Shown: piece after piece, positions 57,583 to 64,000 of the stretch
How the letters are laid out: the number at the start of each line of letters is the position of its first letter
How positions within the stretch are numbered: position 1 is the stretch's first letter
Assembly (NCBI GenBank): GCA_963790305.1
Contig: CAWBOC010000005.1
Coordinates: 256,001 to 320,000 of the forward strand
DNA: 64,000 nucleotides
DNA from: an uncultured Gemmatimonadaceae bacterium
Lineage (GTDB): Bacteria; Gemmatimonadota; Gemmatimonadetes; Gemmatimonadales; Gemmatimonadaceae
Direction: 5' to 3'
The notes under the pieces: generated by a model
Seen by the model: the letters and a program-made list of their open reading frames with translations, nothing else
What the model was told of the DNA's origin: nothing
Databases searched by the model: none
Position numbers and translations under genes: made by a program

Positions 57583-57792
57583 ATGGATGGCGCGATGATC
57601 AACCGTCACGAACGACTCGGAGCACCCCCAGCGACGCGGCAACAGTCTTCCCTGTCCGTGCAGGAGCTTCTGCGTGATGACGTCTTCGAGTCATCGGCGG
57701 AGAGCTTTCCGGCTAGCGATCCACCCTCGTGGTCTGGGATGCGCCTCGGACCGCCCGATCGTTTCACAGGCGTGCTGACGACGGTGAGCTAA
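57583..57792 (+). CDS. Small protein with S-x-ESFPASDPP motif
   Basis: ...DDVFESSAESFPASDPPSWSGMRLGPP...; TAA overlaps the trpS ATG (TAATG). Confidence 0.6.
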   Translation: MDGAMINRHERLGAPPATRQQSSLSVQELLRDDVFESSAESFPASDPPSWSGMRLGPPDRFTGVLTTVS

Positions 57793-58934
57793 TGCCCACG
57801 AGCTCCGCGCCCCGCCTTTTGCCCGCGGCGTCGGCGACACTCGCCGATCCGCGGCGCTCCCAGGATCGCGCAGAGTCGCGCACGTCGGCTGGGACCGACT
57901 TTCACGGGCTCGTACCCGCACCCCGGCGCGTTTTCTCCGGAATTCAGCCAACCGGAAAGCTGCATCTCGGCAACTACGTCGCGGCGATAAGTCCCTGGGT
58001 CGCTGCGCAGAACGGGAGTGAAATGACCTTGTGTATTGCCGATCTGCACGCGCTGACGACGCCCGAGGCAGCTCGGCATGCCCCACCCCGGAGCAACGTC
58101 CGCGAGACCGCCGCGATCTTGCTCGCCTGCGGCATAGACCCAGTTTCCGCCACGCTATTCGTGCAGTCGCATGTGGCGGCACACGCAGAGCTAGCCTGGC
58201 TTCTCCTCTGCGTGACACCCGTCGGCTGGCTGGAGCGGATGACTCAGTTCAAAACGCGAGCTGGCTATCTCGAGACTCTCGGAACCGGCCTGCTCGCCTA
58301 TCCGGTGCTTCAGGCTGCGGACATTCTGCTTTACCGAGCCCACTTCGTCCCGGTCGGCGAAGACCAGGAGCAGCATATCGAGCTCACCCGTGAAATCGCG
58401 CGGCGTTTCCACTCTCTCTTCGGTCATGTCTTCACGCTTCCGTACGCGGTCGTCGTACCGAGCGGCGCGCGTCTCATGGGACTCGATGATCCCGGTGCAA
58501 AGATGAGCAAGAGCATCGCGGCGGTGCGGAAGGGCCATGCGATCGGCCTCGTTGATCCTCCCGACGAGATCCGCGACGCCGTCATGCACGCGGTCACGGA
58601 CTCCGGTCGCGAGGTGCGACCGGGAGAAACCTCCCCCGGGGTGACCAACCTGCTGACGATCTATCAAACACTCTCCGGTCTCGACGAGACCGCAGTAAAC
58701 GCCGAGTTTGCCGGAAAGGGGTACGTGATCCTCAAGCGCGCCGTCGCGGATCTCACGATCGCGAAGCTCGCCCCGATCCGAGCGCGATACCATGAGCTCG
58801 CTGGAATACCCGACGCTGTCGATGCCGCTCTGGCAGCGGGAGCCGACCGCGCGCGCCTTGCCGCAGCGCCAACGCTGGATCGAGTCAAACTCCTGATCGG
58901 TCTGAGCGGGGGCCCGAAGCGTCGCGCGCCTTGA
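57792..58934 (+). CDS. trpS: Tryptophan--tRNA ligase
   Basis: FSGIQPTG.LHLGNY, YPVLQAADIL, VPVGEDQ, KMSKS. Confidence 0.93.
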   Translation: MPTSSAPRLLPAASATLADPRRSQDRAESRTSAGTDFHGLVPAPRRVFSGIQPTGKLHLGNYVAAISPWVAAQNGSEMTLCIADLHALTTPEAARHAPPRSNVRETAAILLACGIDPVSATLFVQSHVAAHAELAWLLLCVTPVGWLERMTQFKTRAGYLETLGTGLLAYPVLQAADILLYRAHFVPVGEDQEQHIELTREIARRFHSLFGHVFTLPYAVVVPSGARLMGLDDPGAKMSKSIAAVRKGHAIGLVDPPDEIRDAVMHAVTDSGREVRPGETSPGVTNLLTIYQTLSGLDETAVNAEFAGKGYVILKRAVADLTIAKLAPIRARYHELAGIPDAVDAALAAGADRARLAAAPTLDRVKLLIGLSGGPKRRAP

Positions 58935-59057
58935 TGCGCGGAGCGAAGAAAGGCGATACTCGCGCACTTCGGTCCTCGCCCTAACGAGGCCGAGCTTCTG
59001 CGGGAGTGCGTCACGCACTCCCGCAGTCTGGAGCTGCCCAGAGTCGTTCGTCGCCGG

Positions 59058-59624
59058 TCAGCCGTCCTGTCTGACGAACTGCACCTCGCCTTCAATGCGA
59101 ACTTTGTTGGCGACCAGCACCCCGCCGGTCTCGATCGCCTGATTCCACTTGAGCCCCCACTCCCGCCGGTCGATCTCCGTCCGAAAGCTGAAGCCCGCGC
59201 GCGTCTTCCCCCACGGGTCGGTCCCCCGCCCTTGGTACTCGCAATCGAGCACCACTTCCATCGAGCTGTCGCGGATGACCAGATCGCCGACGACACGGAA
59301 GCGGTCACCCTCCTCCTTCGGCGGGTTCTCTACCCGCGTACTCCGAAAAGTGATCTGCGGAAAGCGCTCTCCATCGAAGAAATCCGTCGCGCGAAGGTGC
59401 GCGTCGCGGTCAGCGACGCCCGTGTCGATGCTCGCCACGTCAATGGTGGCCTCGACGCCGGCATCATCTGGGTGATCCCGGTCGCCGGTGAGCGTTGCCT
59501 TCAGGTCTTTGAAGCGGCCACGCACGGTGGTCATCATCATGTGCTTCACCGAGAACTCGACGCTTGAATGCGTTGGATCAAGCTGCCAGGTGGTCGTCCC
59601 GGTCTGTACCGCTGTGGCTGCCAT
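59058..59624 (-). CDS. YceI family protein
   Basis: WQLDPTHSSVEFSVKHM, RDAHLR, DPWG. Confidence 0.92.
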   Translation of the reverse strand: MAATAVQTGTTTWQLDPTHSSVEFSVKHMMMTTVRGRFKDLKATLTGDRDHPDDAGVEATIDVASIDTGVADRDAHLRATDFFDGERFPQITFRSTRVENPPKEEGDRFRVVGDLVIRDSSMEVVLDCEYQGRGTDPWGKTRAGFSFRTEIDRREWGLKWNQAIETGGVLVANKVRIEGEVQFVRQDG

Positions 59625-59863
59625 AGCTTCTTCTCCTGTTTCCGGTCGCAGTTCCGGCGCGATGATCGCGCAGGAATGGTTGAATGGCGAGCGAAGGGCG
59701 TGCCAGGGAGGTCAACAGGCACAGGCGCGACGGTCACGAGAGCCCGAGGAATGCCATCAGCGCCAATGACCACGAATCGGTCTTGAGGCGCACCCCGGAA
59801 GTTGATGCGCGCAGCAATCAGGTTCGGGGGGTGAATGGGCCATCGCGAGGCGTAAATTGGGCC

Positions 59864-61876
59864 ATGAGCTCGAGGTCCTCTCAACCGCGCGTCGCGCTGT
59901 CCCTCGCGGTCCTCCTGTGCTCGGGCACAGTCACCAGCCGGTCCGCGCAAACTCCCGACCGCTGGTTCCTGAGTTCGGCGATCGGATCTGGATGGATCGC
60001 CGGGGAATATGGCGACGTCCTGCGCGAGCCGGTGTCTTTCGAGCTCAGCCTCGCCAAAGAACGTGATGCGTGGCGCTTCGGCGGCGCCCTCGAGTTCGGC
60101 TCGCTCGTTATGCAGTCGCCCTATGACGATCAGGACGACTGGTCCCGTATGGGCGTGTATGGGCTCGCGACGCGGGTGTTCCGCCACGACACCCGCGTGC
60201 GTCCCTACCTCCAGGCGCGGCTCGGGCTGTCTCGCGTACACCCTCGAAGCTCCGTCCTCCACGACATCTCGCCCGAGGACTTCGCGCGCGGTCACAATCC
60301 GACGCACGCAACGAACGGCATCGCGGTCGGGCTGCTGCCAGGCATGGAGATCGACGTTCATCCGACGCTTGCCCTCGATCTGTCGGCGGCGTGGGTCGCG
60401 TACAAGACCGGCGAGCTGCGCCTAACGCGCATCGGCCGGGAGCCGGTCAGCGTCGGCCACGAGTGGCAGCTCCGCGGCGGCCTCGCGTGGCATCCGCTGT
60501 CGAGAAACGCGAGGCGCGACGCGTGGGGTGTGCCGCGAAGCTGGGGGTGGGCGACCGGTGAAATGCTCGCCATCAACTTCGTCGCCAGTGCACTCAACGA
60601 GTATGTGCGCGGTGAAAGCGCCTACCCGATTACCGCGCGGACGATCAAGGGCAATTTCGACCACGGCTTCGCCTACGACGACAACGACTTCCGGACCAAT
60701 CAGCTCGTGCATCCGTTCAATGGCGGGGCCTACTTCAACACCGCCCGCGCCAACGGAATCGGGTTTTGGGGATCGGCCGGCATGGCGCTCGTGGGCGCAT
60801 TCGTGTGGGAATGCTGTGGCGAGTCGCAGCCCATGTCGTGGAACGACATGGTGAGTACGGGGCTCGGCGGCATCGCCCGTGGTGAAATCGCGCACCGCGT
60901 TGGCGCCGCCATCGTCGACAATACGGCGACCGGTCGCGAACGCCTCTGGCGCGAGGTCGGCGCCTTCCTCGTCAATCCGGTCGGCGAGTTCAACCGCCTC
61001 GTCTCCGGCCGCGCGAGGAGAGTCTTCGAGAACCCGTCGAATCCGAATGACTGGCGGCCTCAGCGCCTGGATCTGCAGACGGCAATCGGGGCGCGCGTGA
61101 TCGGCGAAGGGGCATCCATTGTCCACGATGCCAACGCGTACGGGTTCCTCGAGCTGGATCTCCTCTATGGGGATGCCTTCGTACGCAATCGCCGCCCGTT
61201 CGACCGCTTCGATGCGGCGATGCAGCTCAACTTCGGCGAGAAGACTCGGCTCGGCCGCATGATCATCCGCGGCGATCTGTGGTCGAAACCCCTCGGGGAT
61301 ACCGCCGGGCCACGACACGTCCTCGCCGTCGTGCAGGACTTTGACTACATCGACAACGAGGCCTACGTGTACGGCGGCCAGGGGTTCGGCCTCGCTCTCT
61401 TTTCGCAGCGCGGCGTTGGACGGGCGATGCTGCGCTCGCGCGCCGTCGGGTACCTCGTCGCCGGCGCTGCGGTGAATGCCGAGTACTCCTTTCTCGCCGA
61501 GATTCCCAATCCGCGGCAGCAGCGGAACTACGATTACGGAGGAGGAACGGGAGCGGCGCTGGAGCTCTTGCTGACCGGTCCCACGCGCCTAACGGGGTCG
61601 TTCAGCTATCGGTACACGCTCATCGCCGTTCGCAACGGGTCGCTCTACAACCCTCCCGAGGGCCCGCAGGGCTCGAGTGCAAATCATCACGTTCACCGGG
61701 GGGCGCTGATGCTGACTGTTCCCATTCCAGCTGGGATATGGCTCGGGAGCGAGTTCGCGCTCTTCTACCGGGACAGTCGGTACAGCGCGCCCGAGCTGAA
61801 AGATGCGAAGCAGCAGAATCCGGAGGTCCGCGTGTTCCTCGCCTTCCGGCCGGATCTGGGCCGTGGAGCCCGGTAG
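59864..61876 (+). CDS. DUF3943 domain outer-membrane protein with N-terminal small beta-barrel
   Basis: DDNDFRTNQLVHPFNG..YF..AR, WE..GE...SWND...GE. Confidence 0.75.
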   Translation: MSSRSSQPRVALSLAVLLCSGTVTSRSAQTPDRWFLSSAIGSGWIAGEYGDVLREPVSFELSLAKERDAWRFGGALEFGSLVMQSPYDDQDDWSRMGVYGLATRVFRHDTRVRPYLQARLGLSRVHPRSSVLHDISPEDFARGHNPTHATNGIAVGLLPGMEIDVHPTLALDLSAAWVAYKTGELRLTRIGREPVSVGHEWQLRGGLAWHPLSRNARRDAWGVPRSWGWATGEMLAINFVASALNEYVRGESAYPITARTIKGNFDHGFAYDDNDFRTNQLVHPFNGGAYFNTARANGIGFWGSAGMALVGAFVWECCGESQPMSWNDMVSTGLGGIARGEIAHRVGAAIVDNTATGRERLWREVGAFLVNPVGEFNRLVSGRARRVFENPSNPNDWRPQRLDLQTAIGARVIGEGASIVHDANAYGFLELDLLYGDAFVRNRRPFDRFDAAMQLNFGEKTRLGRMIIRGDLWSKPLGDTAGPRHVLAVVQDFDYIDNEAYVYGGQGFGLALFSQRGVGRAMLRSRAVGYLVAGAAVNAEYSFLAEIPNPRQQRNYDYGGGTGAALELLLTGPTRLTGSFSYRYTLIAVRNGSLYNPPEGPQGSSANHHVHRGALMLTVPIPAGIWLGSEFALFYRDSRYSAPELKDAKQQNPEVRVFLAFRPDLGRGAR

Positions 61877-61898
61877 CGCGATTCACGCACCACGACCG

Positions 61899-61937
61899 GA
61901 GGAATGAGGAAGCACCAAGTCCACTTCCTCATTCCTC
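61899..61937. repeat. (GAGGAAT)-type heptamer inverted repeat, possible bidirectional terminator
   Basis: 14-bp stem GAGGAATGAGGAAG/CTTCCTCATTCCTC between convergent genes. Confidence 0.7.
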
Positions 61938-61949
61938 GCTCCTGCTCCT

Positions 61950-63068
61950 CTAGTAGTAGAACACCTGGAGCTGCGCGGTAAACTGATTGGACGCGTCGCC
62001 GATGTCGGGGTTGAGTCGAGAGTACGCGACCTTGAGGTTCGCGTTATGGCCTGAGATGTAGTACGTGAGTCCGGCCTGGTACCGGGCGATGTCGTTCGCC
62101 GCGGCGGCGTCGAAGTCCTGGGTCTCGAACTTCACGAAGGGCATGAGCCGCACGGGCTTGAAGTACACCCCGGCCTCGGCGAAAATCGCCGTCTGCTCGG
62201 CCACCGTCGGGAAGGTCTGGCCCCCGTCGTACGCGAAATAGTCGACTTGCGCCGTCACCGACACGGAGTCGCCGACGGGATAATCGAGGAAGGCATCGAT
62301 GGTCCACGCCTTGTAGTTGTCGCCCGGTCCAGCCTGCATGTCGAACCCACCGCCGAGGGCGAGCACGCGCTTCGTTCCCAGATAGGTGCCCGTGTAGAAG
62401 ATGCCGGGCGTCTCGGCATCGAGGAGATTGACCTGAAGCCGCCCGACACCGCGCAGCGGATTCCGCGAGCCGGCCGCGCGAAATCCCTGAAACGCACCGA
62501 CGCGATACTCGATGCGATTCCCGTTGAAGTACCCCTTCGCCTGGAAGCCGATGTCGCGCCCCACGCTCGATTGTGTAGCAGGCGTAGCCAGAAATGCGAA
62601 GGAGCTGTAATCGAGGCTCAGCAGCGTCGCCGCGCTCTGAATGCAATTCCGGCAGAAGGGCACGAACATCAACCCGGCCGAGATGGTGAGCGGATCCGAC
62701 AGCTTTACCTCCGCCAATGCGTCCTGCAGGATGAACCCGCTCCCGAGGGCCTTCGGCGCGCGTCCGAGATTCGGATTGTCGGTCTCGATGAAGAAGCTGA
62801 TGTTCTTCGCGACCTGCCCGCCGACGAGCAGCCGCGCGCGTCGCAGATACAGGTTCTGCGCGTAGCCCTCACTCACGGGATCCTGCGTCCAGTCACCCCA
62901 TCCCTGGAGGAGCGTCCCGAACCGGATCGTGACATCCTCGCCGACCTTGATCGATGCCTGGGCGCCGGCCGACGATGACATCGTCGTGAAGGCGATCGCG
63001 AGCAGCACGTAAATCCCCGCGCGCCGCGTAAACCGAGTGACTCGCTCAGCCGACCGTTCCGTGGTCAT
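61950..63068 (-). CDS. Porin (OprO/OprP-like)
   Basis: LRRARL, GRDIG, beta-strand pattern, terminal QVFYY; GGAGG RBS. Confidence 0.75.
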   Translation of the reverse strand: MTTERSAERVTRFTRRAGIYVLLAIAFTTMSSSAGAQASIKVGEDVTIRFGTLLQGWGDWTQDPVSEGYAQNLYLRRARLLVGGQVAKNISFFIETDNPNLGRAPKALGSGFILQDALAEVKLSDPLTISAGLMFVPFCRNCIQSAATLLSLDYSSFAFLATPATQSSVGRDIGFQAKGYFNGNRIEYRVGAFQGFRAAGSRNPLRGVGRLQVNLLDAETPGIFYTGTYLGTKRVLALGGGFDMQAGPGDNYKAWTIDAFLDYPVGDSVSVTAQVDYFAYDGGQTFPTVAEQTAIFAEAGVYFKPVRLMPFVKFETQDFDAAAANDIARYQAGLTYYISGHNANLKVAYSRLNPDIGDASNQFTAQLQVFYY

Positions 63069-63182
63069 GTGACCTCCCGGGTGCGAGTTCCGTTGCCCTG
63101 CGCTCGCGTACGATGCTACGCAATCGTGGTCATGGTACCGAGACTCGAGGTCGAGAAACCACGACCTGTCTCACAATCCTGT

Positions 63183-64000
63183 TCAAAAGATCACGATCAG
63201 CTGCCCCACCAGCTCGTTGGCGGAATTCGACGGCCGCTCACGCTTCACGATCCAGTTGGCCTGAAATCGCACCACCTCGGGGACCGAGACGATGTTGAGC
63301 CCGTAGGTCGTCCAGGTGAGCCGGGAGGTCAATGTCGTACCCGTCTCGGTGCGGGCATCACGCAGCCGCTCCCATTTTACCACCGGTTGCACGTGTCGGC
63401 CAACGCGATAGGACGCCATGAGATAGTGTCCGGCCGCGCGCTGCGACACTCCGCCGTTGAGCGGGGCGCGACGCTCGATGCGCTCCCCCTCCAGCACGAA
63501 GCCGTTCGCCTTCCAGCGCACGTCGTATCCCCACCGGTGATCGGCGCCTTCTCCCGCCCATTTCCCGGCAATCGCGAGGCTCGTCGTCGGCAAGAACGTC
63601 AGTCGTCCGGCCGCAAGCTGCTTGCCGTTCGTGTTGCTGAGCACGTTAGGACCTTCGCCATTTACGAGCGCACCGGCGACGGTCACGCGATCCGCAAACG
63701 CGAGATGGGCCATCACGCCAATGTCGCGACGCGTCGCGAGCCGCTCGACCACCTGAGAGCGCAGCGCGGTCTGAAGAAGCGAGAAGCCCGTCAGAAATTC
63801 CAGACTGAATGGCGTCTTGAACTGGCCAATGATCACGCTCGGACGAATTCCGCCGAGGGGCCTCCACTCGTTAGGGGGCATCAGTTGCACGTATGCGTCG
63901 GTCACGACGACGCCGGGAACGGTGTCGCTTCCGCTGCGCCCCAGGGCCGCGAAGTTGCCCTGGACCTTCACCATCGCGAACTCGCTGGGCGCGGCCGTGA
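63183..64000 (-). CDS. Porin (OprO/OprP-like), 5' end beyond window
   Basis: DAYV, GQFKTPFSLE, RDIG, terminal QLIVIF. Confidence 0.75.
   Translation of the reverse strand, partial: TAAPSEFAMVKVQGNFAALGRSGSDTVPGVVVTDAYVQLMPPNEWRPLGGIRPSVIIGQFKTPFSLEFLTGFSLLQTALRSQVVERLATRRDIGVMAHLAFADRVTVAGALVNGEGPNVLSNTNGKQLAAGRLTFLPTTSLAIAGKWAGEGADHRWGYDVRWKANGFVLEGERIERRAPLNGGVSQRAAGHYLMASYRVGRHVQPVVKWERLRDARTETGTTLTSRLTWTTYGLNIVSVPEVVRFQANWIVKRERPSNSANELVGQLIVIF

Overview
GC-rich bacterial window whose gene content and lipoprotein style suggest Gemmatimonadota (inference only). It holds about 65 CDSs and no rRNA, tRNA, CRISPR array or transposase that I can see. Main blocks: two PQQ sugar dehydrogenases and stress/envelope genes (0-10 kb); a peptidoglycan/amino-sugar utilisation locus (NamZ, TonB receptor, NAGPA-like glycosidase, SIS, MFS, ROK; 10-20 kb); an S9 peptidase and AraC; a DUF1854 + ABC exporter pair; a Tat-exported selenocysteine formate dehydrogenase operon with an NrfD anchor (31-38 kb); and a stress/ion cluster (Usp, Mrp antiporter, CopB-type ATPase, FolE, two-component system, GAPDH, DksA-like, TrpRS; 38-59 kb), followed by outer-membrane proteins. 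The most interesting signals are mainly non-coding. (1) A complete attenuator-like leader precedes the ABC/DUF1854 operon: sigma70 promoter, 42-aa uORF ending RAP-stop, and mutually exclusive antiterminator, terminator and RBS-occluding helices. (2) A second uORF ending DPP-stop, followed by hairpins, precedes a dksA-like to trpS operon. (3) A recurrent composite palindromic element and a family of 7/9-mer tandem inverted repeats. (4) Two identically spaced CTTCA-N6-CTTCA promoter boxes flank the two-component system. Three genes carry +1 insertions that are most likely read errors.
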